From Klebsiella phage KPP2018: 64,000 nt of DNA. Below the pieces are notes generated by a model, which saw nothing but the letters and a program-made list of their open reading frames with translations, searched no databases and was not told the DNA's origin. Position numbers and translations under genes: made by a program. This document shows positions 48,791 to 58,747 of the stretch, one piece after another. The DNA lies in the sequence record NC_110934.1; one strand, given 5' to 3'. Position 1 is the first letter of the stretch. The number at the start of each line of letters is the position of its first letter.

Positions 48791-49476
48791 TCGATCATAG
48801 CTGCAACACAATAGCTTTCAACTAAGGCATCAAATGCAGGATCATGCTTAACCGGATAGATCCCATAACGAATAGTGTCCATCTTCTCCATTTTAGCTAT
48901 TGCCCAGCTAATACCTTCGGTCTCTAGAGCTTTATAACTGTATCCAGCTTGCATCCAGAGATTACGAAGAGATCGAACATTACCCAAATTCCAGAATTTC
49001 CACGGAACTACCTCTTCATTGGTTCCAGCATGGAACGTGTTTGCAGAGTAGATAGTCATATCAAACTCTGGGCCATTGCCATAATACAAAGCGTTTTCGC
49101 CTAGAGCCAACTCCATAATATTTTGGGCCATAGAGAAGGCAGCATAGTTTGAGCCTAATTTATTAGTGCAATGATGTTTACCATTTTGGAAGGCAATCAG
49201 TTTTGGATTACGTTCCTTCATAGCTTCCATAATGTGGATAGCAGACGGGCTATTTTTAGCTTGATCCATCCAGAATGCTAGAGTAGATGCTGTAACTTTA
49301 GCACCAGAATTAAGCTGATCTTGTACATCCAAAGTAACAAATACTAGATCAGGGTCTTTATCAATTCCATGCATAGCCACAAAAGCGAAAGAAGGCATTG
49401 CGATATGAGTAGTACCACAATCTCCTGGAGTTCCTAGAGATTCAATATCTAGCATACCAAATGGTTTTACTTTCAT
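48775..49476 (-). CDS. DEDDh 3'-5' exonuclease (DnaQ-like), 233 aa
   Basis: Exo I LDIESLG, Exo II YGNGPEFD, Exo III HDPAFDA. Confidence 0.65.
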   Translation of the reverse strand: MKVKPFGMLDIESLGTPGDCGTTHIAMPSFAFVAMHGIDKDPDLVFVTLDVQDQLNSGAKVTASTLAFWMDQAKNSPSAIHIMEAMKERNPKLIAFQNGKHHCTNKLGSNYAAFSMAQNIMELALGENALYYGNGPEFDMTIYSANTFHAGTNEEVVPWKFWNLGNVRSLRNLWMQAGYSYKALETEGISWAIAKMEKMDTIRYGIYPVKHDPAFDALVESYCVAAMIEKMKI

Positions 49477-49504
49477 AACTTATCCTTTATTGTGTAGAAA
49501 ACTA

Positions 49505-49741
49505 TTAAAGAGCTGTCTCTTTAATAGACTCCCACTTCTTGGGGTCTTTAAAACCAGGAAGCATATCCTCACTGACATCCCAGTTCTCTTCCATAGAGAA
49601 GTCGGGCCATTCATTCCAGCTACCTTCCAGCTCTTCATAACAGCTGTCCATTACCTCATGACTAGAAAGTCGTGTATAATCTCTAGCGGACTTATGAGTG
49701 CTAGCACGGTTAAAATCATTCTTTACTACAAAATTACGCAT
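49505..49741 (-). CDS. Acidic small protein, 78 aa
   Basis: ORF. Confidence 0.5.
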   Translation of the reverse strand: MRNFVVKNDFNRASTHKSARDYTRLSSHEVMDSCYEELEGSWNEWPDFSMEENWDVSEDMLPGFKDPKKWESIKETAL

Positions 49742-49782
49742 AGTTTCTCCAAATAAGAGGGGCTTTCGCCCCCTGATTTAAA

Positions 49783-49998
49783 TCACTTGCCCAGCAGTTT
49801 AAGGATATTTTCCATAATAGTTTGGGCAGATTTTTCACTCTTGTTGGTTTCAGCCAACTTTAAAGCGAGTTCTTCCTGCTGTTTCTGAATATCCGCAGCA
49901 ATTTTTTGATCAGCCTCAATACGAGCTTGAAGCTCATCAGTGATAGTGGTAAAGGAAGCAACGATTTCAGTAACAGAACGTGGTTTCTTAGAAAACAT
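49783..49998 (-). CDS. Coiled-coil small protein, 71 aa, flanked by two copies of the hairpin aggggctttcgccccct (49761..49780 and 50034..50050)
   Basis: ORF; repeated GC hairpins read directly. Confidence 0.5.
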   Translation of the reverse strand: MFSKKPRSVTEIVASFTTITDELQARIEADQKIAADIQKQQEELALKLAETNKSEKSAQTIMENILKLLGK

Positions 49999-50062
49999 AA
50001 AAATATCCTTGATTAGTTAGAGAATTAGTAGATTGTAGGGGCTTTCGCCCCCTATTTATCTA

Positions 50063-50578
50063 TTACTTCGCTTTACGCTTGCGAGCTGGTTTAGCAGATT
50101 TACGAGCGGAATCACCCGTGAACTTAATGCCTACACCGTAACACAGAGCACGAACATTATCTTTACTATACTCTACGCCAAAGATATTTGGTTTAACAGA
50201 ACCAAACTGTCCACGAGTATCACGCAATACATCTGCTGTTGGTTTACGCTTCTGGTTAACTGCCTTCTCATAGTCTTTCATAGACATACCATTACGAGAG
50301 AACAATTCAGCCCCAGCGTTGAAGCTCAGGGAAACTGGGACAGATTTGTGGCCGTAATTTTCTACATACATAACCATTTTGTAGGATTTACGGGTCGCAT
50401 TTTTAGCCTTAGGCTTCTGACGAATCGGAGCCGGATTATTCAGTGCTTGAGCAGCCTGAGCATCGGTAGGATGCTTACGCAGATGGCGTTCCAGACGAGC
50501 TTTGCGATTAGCCTCGGTCTGCGGGAAAGTTTTAACTGCCGGAGCTGCTTGAGTTTTTGCGTTTTTCTGCTTAGCCAT
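50063..50578 (-). CDS. Basic (Lys/Arg/Ala-rich termini) putative DNA-binding protein, 171 aa
   Basis: ORF. Confidence 0.6.
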   Translation of the reverse strand: MAKQKNAKTQAAPAVKTFPQTEANRKARLERHLRKHPTDAQAAQALNNPAPIRQKPKAKNATRKSYKMVMYVENYGHKSVPVSLSFNAGAELFSRNGMSMKDYEKAVNQKRKPTADVLRDTRGQFGSVKPNIFGVEYSKDNVRALCYGVGIKFTGDSARKSAKPARKRKAK

Positions 50579-50587
50579 TATTTGTTT

Positions 50588-50665
50588 TCCTTTTTGTTTA
50601 TCAATTTATGAAGTATATTATACGAGAATTTGAAGCGTTTAGCAAATGAATTTTTAATTTATTAA
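50588..50665 (-). promoter_or_regulatory. T5-type early promoter
   Basis: Motif family. Confidence 0.7.
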
Positions 50666-51103
50666 CTGTAAGCTTCTTTTAATTTCAGACCTTACCTGCA
50701 TCAAAAGAACTCCTAAAGTATTATCCCCGATGCCTCGGCAAACACCCCAATATGTATCTCCCCAGGTATTTCCTTCGATCAAAGTTGCATTTTTTGTTGC
50801 TAACAGTTTGTCTCTCAAATCAGGAATTGCAAACTTTAACCGTAAAAGCTCTAGCATTACATCATCTTTTACCTTATCCCAGTCATGGCGCAGAGTTAAT
50901 TTACGTCCTCTACGTTTGGCAACTCCTGCGTTTAGAGAGCGTAGTACATGAGCTACATCATCTTTTTGGTCTGATTTCATAGCCTGAAAAGCATGTTCTA
51001 CAGTATCAGCATGCCATATTTCATTTAGATATTCGAAAGTAATTGGTGATAAATAAAAGTTTGATAAGAAACTATAAGTACCTTTAAATTCAGTAATCTT
51101 CAT
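50654..51103 (-). CDS. NADAR (YbiA-like, DUF1768) domain protein, 149 aa
   Basis: FLSNFY...EHAFQA...GNTWGDTYWG motifs. Confidence 0.65.
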   Translation of the reverse strand: MKITEFKGTYSFLSNFYLSPITFEYLNEIWHADTVEHAFQAMKSDQKDDVAHVLRSLNAGVAKRRGRKLTLRHDWDKVKDDVMLELLRLKFAIPDLRDKLLATKNATLIEGNTWGDTYWGVCRGIGDNTLGVLLMQVRSEIKRSLQLIN

Positions 51104-51384
51104 TTTTTACGCCCCGCATCTTTAGCCTCCTCGGCTGTATAGATATACTGATAAGCCCCTTTGGAGTAGGCTGGAGCAGTACACATTTTCTTACGCTCAA
51201 TCTCTTCTTGAGCTTTTCTTTCGCGTTCAGCTAATTCTTCGTCCAGATAAACTAAACGTTGTTCTGGAGGAGGTGGAAGTCGTGTCTCTGGCTCACCAAT
51301 ATTAGCCTTTCTTATTTGACGAGGTGATTGTGCACGTTTTCTCAATGGTTTAAATCCTAATGAATTTGAGTTATAAATCCACAT
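51100..51384 (-). CDS. Hypothetical protein, 94 aa
   Basis: ORF. Confidence 0.5.
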   Translation of the reverse strand: MWIYNSNSLGFKPLRKRAQSPRQIRKANIGEPETRLPPPPEQRLVYLDEELAERERKAQEEIERKKMCTAPAYSKGAYQYIYTAEEAKDAGRKK

Positions 51385-51391
51385 AAAGCCC

Positions 51392-51462
51392 TCCTCACTT
51401 TCAATACGAATATTATACTAAATTAGAGGGCTTTAAGCAAGAAAATTTTTAATTTATTTATT
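51392..51462 (-). promoter_or_regulatory. T5-type early promoter
   Basis: Motif family. Confidence 0.65.
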
Positions 51463-51949
51463 ACATCTCAGCCATTTCAGCTTCAGTAATAACAGTATTA
51501 CACAATGCATCTACAGCTTCATTACCACTAATACCAGAATGTCCTTTAACCTTAATAAAGGTAGGATTAGTATTATGAAAGTTGATATACTGCTGTGTTA
51601 ATTTAAATGCTTCCTGCCAAAGTTCTAGATTAAGAGGAACTTCACCATCTGCTTTCTTCCAGCCTTTCCTTTGCCAAGAAAACATCCAACTTTCCATGCC
51701 GTTTTTGCAATAAGCAGAGTCAGTATAGATAGCAATTGGTCTATTATCTTTTTTAACGGACCAACGTAGAGCTTCTACAATAGCTGTGAGTTCCATCTCA
51801 TTATTTGTAGTTTTAGGATTATAACCAGATTTAGAACCTAAACGATCGTCGTTATCATCATAGACAATAAAACCCCAAGCACCTGGACCTGGGTTAGACT
51901 TACAAGCACCATCTGTGTAAATGTGGAAAACCGATATTATACCTCCCAA
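51461..51949 (-). CDS. rnh: Ribonuclease H, 162 aa
   Basis: IYTDGACKSNPGPGAWG...E...D motifs. Confidence 0.8.
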   Translation of the reverse strand: MGGIISVFHIYTDGACKSNPGPGAWGFIVYDDNDDRLGSKSGYNPKTTNNEMELTAIVEALRWSVKKDNRPIAIYTDSAYCKNGMESWMFSWQRKGWKKADGEVPLNLELWQEAFKLTQQYINFHNTNPTFIKVKGHSGISGNEAVDALCNTVITEAEMAEM

Positions 51950-52218
51950 CTAATTTTAAGACCCATGTCTACAAAGGCAGCTTCTCGGTAGTATTGAGAG
52001 ATATGATACCCCTTATCCGATAAGGTTTTTAGTACCGATTTAGCTGCTCCTGGCATTTCTCTAGGATTATATAGCCACCTAGCGTAAGGATTATCTCGAA
52101 TAATTACTTCTGTATTTCCAGACTTAGCAGCTTCTACAATCTTTTCTTCTATAAACTTTAGAAGTGCGGGTACTTCTGTTAATCCTGCAAGTTCTTGAGC
52201 TTCTTTGGCTGAAATCAT
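51937..52218 (-). CDS. Hypothetical protein, 93 aa
   Basis: ORF; promoter at 52225..52290. Confidence 0.55.
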   Translation of the reverse strand: MISAKEAQELAGLTEVPALLKFIEEKIVEAAKSGNTEVIIRDNPYARWLYNPREMPGAAKSVLKTLSDKGYHISQYYREAAFVDMGLKISWEV

Positions 52219-52311
52219 TATATACCTCCAATTTATAAAATATATTATATTTAAATTTCACTAAATAAGCAAATGAAATTTGAATATAATAGCCCCGAAG
52301 GGCTATTTAAA

Positions 52312-53165
52312 TTACACAGTGAATGGATATGCAATAGCAGGGTGGTGTTCGTAACCACGAACAGTAAAATCATCCTTACTTACCCAGGTCAATACATCCT
52401 CCAGAGTTTGGATATTTGGATTGATTTCTAGAGTAGGAGGTGCAAAAGGTTCACGATCGAATTGCTTATGCTCCATCAAAACATTATACTGATCCTCATA
52501 GATATGAAGATTGATAATCTTCTGGCGTGCAATTCCTGGTTTAAGGCCTGTAATCTGTGCCATTAATGCTAGAAGCGTATAGCACTGAACCATGTTAAAT
52601 ACTTGGCCTAACAGGAAGTCATTAGATCTCTGGAAAGAGTTCAGGTATAATGTATCTCCCAAAATAGAGAACTGATGGGTGTGCATACATGGACGTAAGC
52701 AACCCTTTGAGAACTCTCCCGGATTCCAGAAGGTTAGAATTTCCCCCGATCATCAATGCCCTTCTTCAGATTATGATAAATCTTGGCTAGTTGGTCAAAC
52801 ATAAGACCATCGGAATTAGTCCACTGACGTCCTTGAACACCATAGACTCGTCCCATATCATCCTCACCTTTACGGTATGGATTGTCTAGCCAAGCTAAGT
52901 TTTCATTTGCATTAGCATTCCATGTGTTAACACCAATAGCGCGGAATTGTGCTGCTGAGTCATACCCACGTAGATACCCAATCATTTCCATTATTGCTTG
53001 TTTTGCAAACGCCTTACGGGTAGTAATAAGGGGAAATTCACCTGCACCTACGTTAAAAGTAAAATCTGCGTCAATAATAGTGAGGCAACGAACCCCTGTT
53101 CTAGGATTCGTTACCCACTGACCCTCTGATAGAATACGTTTTCCAACTTCGATATACTGATCCAT
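52312..53165 (-). CDS. thyA: Thymidylate synthase (ThyA-type), split by a 1-nt frameshift in a G5 run (plus strand ccccc at 52743..52747); parts 53165..52734 and about 52746..52312
   Basis: The N-terminal ORF ends ...GIDDRGKF*. The frame shifted by one continues ...[25 protein letters not shown]..., which aligns with the ThyA active-site region (WNP...PCH...QFYV). Confidence 0.75.
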
Positions 53166-53698
53166 TAATAAGTAACCAATTCCTGTACAAATCGCAGGCT
53201 GTTATCACTGTTTGCGCCGGTTGCGTAAACTAAACGAGTAGATTCATAGTTGTAATCTAGAATCGTATTATCCAGATGTACATCTGCCTCTAGTTTTTGA
53301 TCACTAAAGATTGTGGATACGAAAGCACTTTCAATATGACCATGAATATACATTTCGTACAGTAATGTTGCGCCACCTAAAACCACTGTCTGTTGATCTT
53401 TTAAGAATGTAGGTAATGTATCCCCAATCTTTGAAATTGGGGTATAGATACCATGTTTAATATCATCAGGCAGAGGACGATCTGCACGAATAAAGAGGTC
53501 AGATTCTCCAATCATACGTTGCCGAACAACTTCTGGAAGTGCTAAATAAGTACCAGCACCAATGATGATGTTATCTGGATTCAACATGTCCAGTTGAGAA
53601 TAGAAAGCATCTAGTTCTTCTTTGAAGGAACCCCATGGAAGTTTACCACGGAGGCCGAACTCCCCATTCGGCCCAACTGCATACATTGCTGTAATCAT
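53165..53698 (-). CDS. frd: Dihydrofolate reductase, 177 aa
   Basis: Short DHFR-sized ORF directly between thyA and nrdB and overlapping both; family call made by eye from position and composition. Confidence 0.8.
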   Translation of the reverse strand: MITAMYAVGPNGEFGLRGKLPWGSFKEELDAFYSQLDMLNPDNIIIGAGTYLALPEVVRQRMIGESDLFIRADRPLPDDIKHGIYTPISKIGDTLPTFLKDQQTVVLGGATLLYEMYIHGHIESAFVSTIFSDQKLEADVHLDNTILDYNYESTRLVYATGANSDNSLRFVQELVTY

Positions 53699-54840
53699 AA
53701 GAAATCTCCAAATTCATTACCCAGATCTTTCAGAGTATCAGTAGAGGTCTCAGTTACCTGACCTACACGATATGCTGCACCAATCTGGATTTCTTGTGGA
53801 GCAGGCTGTAGAGAAGTAGTATCCAACCAGTTCATGATCCATGGAATGGGGTTCTTGGTGATTACCGGCAGATTACTTGGCCATTCTACACCGATGTGCA
53901 TAAATGCATTACGTCCCACAAAGTACAAATACTCTTCTAGAAGTTCTGCGTTCAAACCAATCAGGCTACGACCTTTGAAAATGAAATGACCCCATTCAAT
54001 TTCAGTTTTCAGAGTTTTCAGGAGCTGTGCTGGTGCTTTAGCCACTGCTTCATCCACCAGGTCTTTGTCAAACTGCTGGAACATAATCTGGATGATTGCT
54101 TTGGACATCTGAGTGTGCAGAGCTTCATCTTTAGCGATTAATTGCAGATTTTTAGCAATACCTTGCAGAATATCGTTCTCTGCTAATGCAAAGGTACATG
54201 CAAAGGATGCGTAAAACTGCATTGCTTCCAGACCATAGATCGCAAAGTAAGCGTCTAATAGTTTAGCCTGAGTTTCACGTTTAACTTCAGGGAACTCAGT
54301 TTCTGGGTATGTATTGTCGCCACGATGATCGCGTACTGCAATGAAATACTGACCTAACTGGTACAGTTCATCGAATAGTTCAACAGAATCAGCGATGCGT
54401 GCGAATGCTTCTTGGTTTTTGGTTACAGAATCAATAAATTCTGCTGGATCAGTTAACACATTACGAATAATATTGCTATAAGCACGACTATGCAGATCTT
54501 CAAAATAGCTCCACTGCTTGAGCATACCTTCCAATTCTGGACGACTTACAAGCGGCATAATAGCTGCTTCAGGAGCGCGACTGATAAAGGAATCAGTTTG
54601 AGTCTGCCATGCTAAGTTCAGGAGTGTAATTTCCTGAATTTCACGCGGGAGATTAGGCCATTGTTTCTTATCTGCTTCCAGACTGATTTCAGTTTCAGTC
54701 CAAAATTGAGAGCGTTGCAGAAGTGCCAGACGTTCTAGTTCTGGATGTGCTACACGTACATAATCTGCGATACCGAGAGAATCTCCCAGGAAAAGGTCAG
54801 CGTTAGTATGATCCCAATTCAGGTTTAGTAAAGTAGTCAT
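53695..54840 (-). CDS. nrdB: Ribonucleotide reductase, small subunit, 381 aa
   Basis: Di-iron/tyrosyl-radical family. Confidence 0.85.
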   Translation of the reverse strand: MTTLLNLNWDHTNADLFLGDSLGIADYVRVAHPELERLALLQRSQFWTETEISLEADKKQWPNLPREIQEITLLNLAWQTQTDSFISRAPEAAIMPLVSRPELEGMLKQWSYFEDLHSRAYSNIIRNVLTDPAEFIDSVTKNQEAFARIADSVELFDELYQLGQYFIAVRDHRGDNTYPETEFPEVKRETQAKLLDAYFAIYGLEAMQFYASFACTFALAENDILQGIAKNLQLIAKDEALHTQMSKAIIQIMFQQFDKDLVDEAVAKAPAQLLKTLKTEIEWGHFIFKGRSLIGLNAELLEEYLYFVGRNAFMHIGVEWPSNLPVITKNPIPWIMNWLDTTSLQPAPQEIQIGAAYRVGQVTETSTDTLKDLGNEFGDFL

Positions 54841-54851
54841 TGATTTTCCTC

Positions 54852-54925
54852 TTTCTCACTATTTCAGGAATATTATAGCAAATCTGGTAGCGATTAGCAA
54901 GTAAAATTTCAAAGAAAAAGGAGAC
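54852..54925 (-). promoter_or_regulatory. T5-type early promoter (variant)
   Basis: Motif family. Confidence 0.55.
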
Positions 54926-54946
54926 CCGAAGATCTCCTTGTTTTTA

Positions 54947-57277
54947 TTAAATAGTACAACCACCGGATGCACAACCGGCTGCTTCTTCTCCAGCACCTCC
55001 ACCATTTGCGGTATTGAAGTTAGCATAATACCAAGTTTTCCACCCATACTTAACAGCAGTCATGAAATCACGAACTACTACTGGGCCAGGAATGATTTCA
55101 TTCTCAAACTTGGTGTAGTCATAGTACATATTCGTACTGATAGACTGACTGAAGAATTTCTGCATAGTTGCTACCCACTTGATCCACTCGATACGATCTA
55201 CATCATAAGCCAGTTTATAGCTCATTAACGTTTCCCAATCGGTTGCACCTGGAGCAATTGCAATTACTTTATTAACTGCACTACCCTTGATAGATACAAT
55301 CTTACGAGGTGGTTCGATAGAGTTAGTAACACCTAACAGAACAGAAGAACTTTCTCCCGGCATCTGAGCAGTCAGAACAGAGTTACGCATACCATATTTC
55401 AGAATATCTGCACGTAGAGACTCCCAATCCATTTCTAGACCTACGGATACCAGTTCATCAACAGTTTTCTTGTACGTGTCGATTACCAGAATTCCTTTAG
55501 ATGGTTTAGTACGATCAAACCACTCACATGCGCCCTGTTCTTTAGCTAGGCGTACAGAGGCTTTATGCAGGAAGTAAGACAGTTTTTCAGCCTCACGGTG
55601 AATCCAGTTACGAGCTTCAATACCTTCATAAGCCAGACCTTCTGCTGCCATTGCACCTGCTGCGTTCATCAGGCCAATACCCACATTACGACGTTTCTTA
55701 GCCGTATATTCCATAGTTGGGAACGGATAATCCTGAATTTCAATAATTGTATCAACGAATTTCAGGAGGATGTAGCAAGTTTTTTCCCACTCGGCCAGAG
55801 ATTCCATGCGTCCAAGTACAACACCACCTAAGTTACACAGAGATACTTCACCAATATCCTCCGGCTTCATTTGATCAAGTTGTTCTTTTGTCTTATACAG
55901 TTCCGTGATATGATGGAATGGGCGTGTAGGCTGAGTAATTTCAACACAAAGGTTTGTCATACGGATCGGATCAAGGAAGTTACCGTGACGATTAGATTCC
56001 CCGATGTGATGAGCATACATACGTCCTGTTTCCATTCGGATACGTAGCCAAGTATCTAGGATTTCTTTTGCAGAGACTTTAGGGGCTGCAGGAACTGTTT
56101 TTCCTTCGTGGTCGATCTTTGTAAGAGATGCCACACGTTTCTCCGCTGCCACGTAGATTTCTTCAAATTTAGCCTCGTCATCACTATAAAACGCTTCATG
56201 AACTTCTGGAGCATAGAAGTATGACATTAGCGTAATATCTTCGTTTTTAAGATAACGTTTTAACAAAAGATTGTTAAAGCTCAGAGAATAATCCATCTTA
56301 TCGATTTTATTCTCATCTGTAGCACGTTGTTGCTTAACCTGCATCAATTGAATGATTTCAGGGTCGAAGTATGGATAAGACACTGTAGCAGAACCACCAC
56401 GAGTTTGCTGAGTATTGGCCTTTACTGAGCGGTCAATGTGTCGATAATATGGCAGTTTTCCGGAATGCGGGAATGCCCCATTTCGCACCGGATCAGCAAT
56501 TGATCGGCTTTCAAGATGATACCCGATTCCCGCTCTGGCTGCGACCATTTTGAAGACGATGTGCTCGGCGGTGTCGATTGAATCCAGCGTGTCAGTGGAA
56601 TCCACGAGGCAGCAACTAGCAAATCCACGGTCACTAGAGCGCAGACCAACCAGTGGCGGCGTAGGAACGTTGATTTTGTGGAGCGACATTGCGTTGTAGA
56701 GATCGATTGCATCTAAAATTGTCCAGTTAGGTTGAGATAGCATCGCCATTGCCATACCCATGTAGGCAAACTGCGGAGTTTCATAAATTTCACCAGTGGC
56801 TATGTTACGACGGGAATACTTATCAAAGAACTGCTTCAGCCCACCACTAGTAAAAAGACGGTCACGATCATGGTCGATAACCTGATTCAGAGCTTCAAAT
56901 TGCTCATCGGTAATCCATGCACTCATGTCTTCCCATGCACCTACGCTAACCATGTGGTCATGGAAGAAGCGTAGAGAAGGTGGTTCGAAGGAATCATAAA
57001 GGCGTTTACGCATTTGCGCAAGACGTAATTCCTTTGCTGGCACATCATATGCTGGATTATCTTTAATAAGACTTTCAGCAGCTTTAATTAATGCATCCAT
57101 CAGAGTGTCGGAATCTACAACCCCTTTAGGCAGAGTTTTTTGAGCAGTCATAGTAATGGCTGACCAACTTACATCAACTGTTTTGCAACCATACTCTGCC
57201 CAACCATTGATTTTTTCAGGAGCAAAATCTTCTACAGTACCGTCACGTTTAATTACTTTTTCAATGCGATGGCTCAT
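54947..57277 (-). CDS. nrdA: Ribonucleotide reductase, large subunit, with ATP cone, 776 aa (start MSHRIEKVIKRDG at 57277; the ORF-track N-terminal extension is not coding)
   Basis: Class Ia motifs; an SD-like aagga sits before the ATG at 57275..57277. Confidence 0.85.
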   Translation of the reverse strand: MSHRIEKVIKRDGTVEDFAPEKINGWAEYGCKTVDVSWSAITMTAQKTLPKGVVDSDTLMDALIKAAESLIKDNPAYDVPAKELRLAQMRKRLYDSFEPPSLRFFHDHMVSVGAWEDMSAWITDEQFEALNQVIDHDRDRLFTSGGLKQFFDKYSRRNIATGEIYETPQFAYMGMAMAMLSQPNWTILDAIDLYNAMSLHKINVPTPPLVGLRSSDRGFASCCLVDSTDTLDSIDTAEHIVFKMVAARAGIGYHLESRSIADPVRNGAFPHSGKLPYYRHIDRSVKANTQQTRGGSATVSYPYFDPEIIQLMQVKQQRATDENKIDKMDYSLSFNNLLLKRYLKNEDITLMSYFYAPEVHEAFYSDDEAKFEEIYVAAEKRVASLTKIDHEGKTVPAAPKVSAKEILDTWLRIRMETGRMYAHHIGESNRHGNFLDPIRMTNLCVEITQPTRPFHHITELYKTKEQLDQMKPEDIGEVSLCNLGGVVLGRMESLAEWEKTCYILLKFVDTIIEIQDYPFPTMEYTAKKRRNVGIGLMNAAGAMAAEGLAYEGIEARNWIHREAEKLSYFLHKASVRLAKEQGACEWFDRTKPSKGILVIDTYKKTVDELVSVGLEMDWESLRADILKYGMRNSVLTAQMPGESSSVLLGVTNSIEPPRKIVSIKGSAVNKVIAIAPGATDWETLMSYKLAYDVDRIEWIKWVATMQKFFSQSISTNMYYDYTKFENEIIPGPVVVRDFMTAVKYGWKTWYYANFNTANGGGAGEEAAGCASGGCTI

Positions 57278-57642
57278 TTGGCTTTCCTTTTTATAGTTAT
57301 CAGGATTTAAGGAATATTCTACTTTATTATCGGTCATTAGGCAAATAAAATTTTCTGATAGAAAAGGCCCGAGTATTTTCATACCCAGGCCCTGTATATT
57401 ACCAGTCTAGCTTTTTAGCTTATTCAATTACTTTAGCTCTAGCTACTTCTTTTAATAGAATATCTATGGAGGTGCTCAGCTCGTTATAATTGAATGGTTT
57501 ATTTGGATTTGAGGTTACAATTTTCCACGCTAGGGTTGTCTTAGGACTTTCTTCCCCTTCCTTACGTGTAATCATATTAGCAGCACTCAGTGAAGTACGA
57601 TGTATTTTAGTTTTACGGCTCAGATGAACGACGTTTCCCATA

Positions 57643-58404
57643 TTACACCTTCCCCATGTCTTTAAAAATATCATAGAATGCTTTAGACTCAACAGAACGA
57701 ACGTTATCAATCAATTCGATCATTGAGAATGGGGCATTTTCGTATTTCTCATAGACTTCCATAAGGAGTGCTAGACCTGAGTCACCTTTAATGTCTTTCT
57801 GAGCTATATCTCCGCAGATAATTAAACGGCAGTCTTGTCCTACACGAGTTAGGAGACAAATCATTGCCTCAACGGAAATATTCTGAGCTTCATCGACAAT
57901 TACATAGGAGTTGTTGAAAGTTCTGCCACGAGCATGTTCGATAGCCAAAAATTTAATTTTCTGACGTTCGACATATCCTTTATATGCATGATCGCCGATG
58001 GCCCATTTCATACCATCAGCTATTGGCTCCAACCAAGGTTCTAGCTTTTCCGCTAGATCACCAGGAAGCATACCAAGAGACTTACCTAGAGGTTCATTAG
58101 GACGTACGAGAATCACTTGCTCAATATCTGAGTGAATGTCTACGAGTTCCTGAGCTGCAAGAACGGACGGAATAAAGGTTTTACCAGTACCTGGCTCACC
58201 AATACCCACAGTCACTGTGTTGTTCTTGATCATATTGATGTATGATTTTTGCTCGCGGTTTTTACCTACTAGGGATTTAGCAACTGGGTTAGCGTAATCA
58301 TTAGAAAAATCAGCCTGAATTACGTTATTCTCATACTTGTTGCCACGCTTTCTTGAACCATTGCGGTTCTCTCTTTTTTGACGTGCTTTTCCCATAAATA
58401 ACAC
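57643..58404 (-). CDS. phoH: PhoH-like ATPase, 253 aa
   Basis: Walker A GEPGTGKT. Confidence 0.8.
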   Translation of the reverse strand: MLFMGKARQKRENRNGSRKRGNKYENNVIQADFSNDYANPVAKSLVGKNREQKSYINMIKNNTVTVGIGEPGTGKTFIPSVLAAQELVDIHSDIEQVILVRPNEPLGKSLGMLPGDLAEKLEPWLEPIADGMKWAIGDHAYKGYVERQKIKFLAIEHARGRTFNNSYVIVDEAQNISVEAMICLLTRVGQDCRLIICGDIAQKDIKGDSGLALLMEVYEKYENAPFSMIELIDNVRSVESKAFYDIFKDMGKV

Positions 58405-58447
58405 TCCTATAGTGTACTTCGCTAACAGAGGATCAACAAAAAGATCT

Positions 58448-58520
58448 TGTTTATCAACTTACAAATATATTATACCAATATATACAGTAAAAAGCAACTA
58501 CAATTTTAAATAAGCCTATG
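58448..58520 (-). promoter_or_regulatory. T5-type early promoter for phoH
   Basis: Motif family. Confidence 0.65.
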
Positions 58521-58689
58521 ATATTGCATTTAAATAAAAAATTTGCTTGCTTTTAACGTGAGATGTGTGATACTAGATAATCATTTTATATCGCGTGCAC
58601 GAGTGCGTGATTATACAATTTTTAATAGAGATTGGCAAATAAAATTTTTTGACTCAGATCATGTTACAGAACTTTATAGTAAAATATTG

Positions 58690-58718
58690 TTGACATCCGC
58701 CCTCGAATGAGTTATAAT
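58690..58718 (+). promoter_or_regulatory. Consensus sigma70 promoter (TTGACA, 17 nt, TATAAT) for nrdD
   Basis: Read directly. Confidence 0.7.
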
Positions 58719-58747
58719 AGTAGTCTTAGTTAGAGAAGGAGAGTATA

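Noticed and set aside
52686-52745. Intron (T4 td-like) or intein splitting thyA
   Set aside because: Only about 10 nt separate the two reading frames, and the protein sequence is continuous across a single-base shift in a G5 run. No intron or intein-sized insertion is present.
57278-57382. N-terminal 35-codon extension of the NrdA ORF
   Set aside because: The ATP-cone sequence begins at MSHRIEKV with an SD-like aagga in front. The upstream Met simply reads through from the intergenic region.
57420-57710. 96-aa ORF overlapping the 5' end of phoH
   Set aside because: It overlaps phoH by 68 nt in another frame and has no independent signals. It could be a small upstream gene but is unconvincing.
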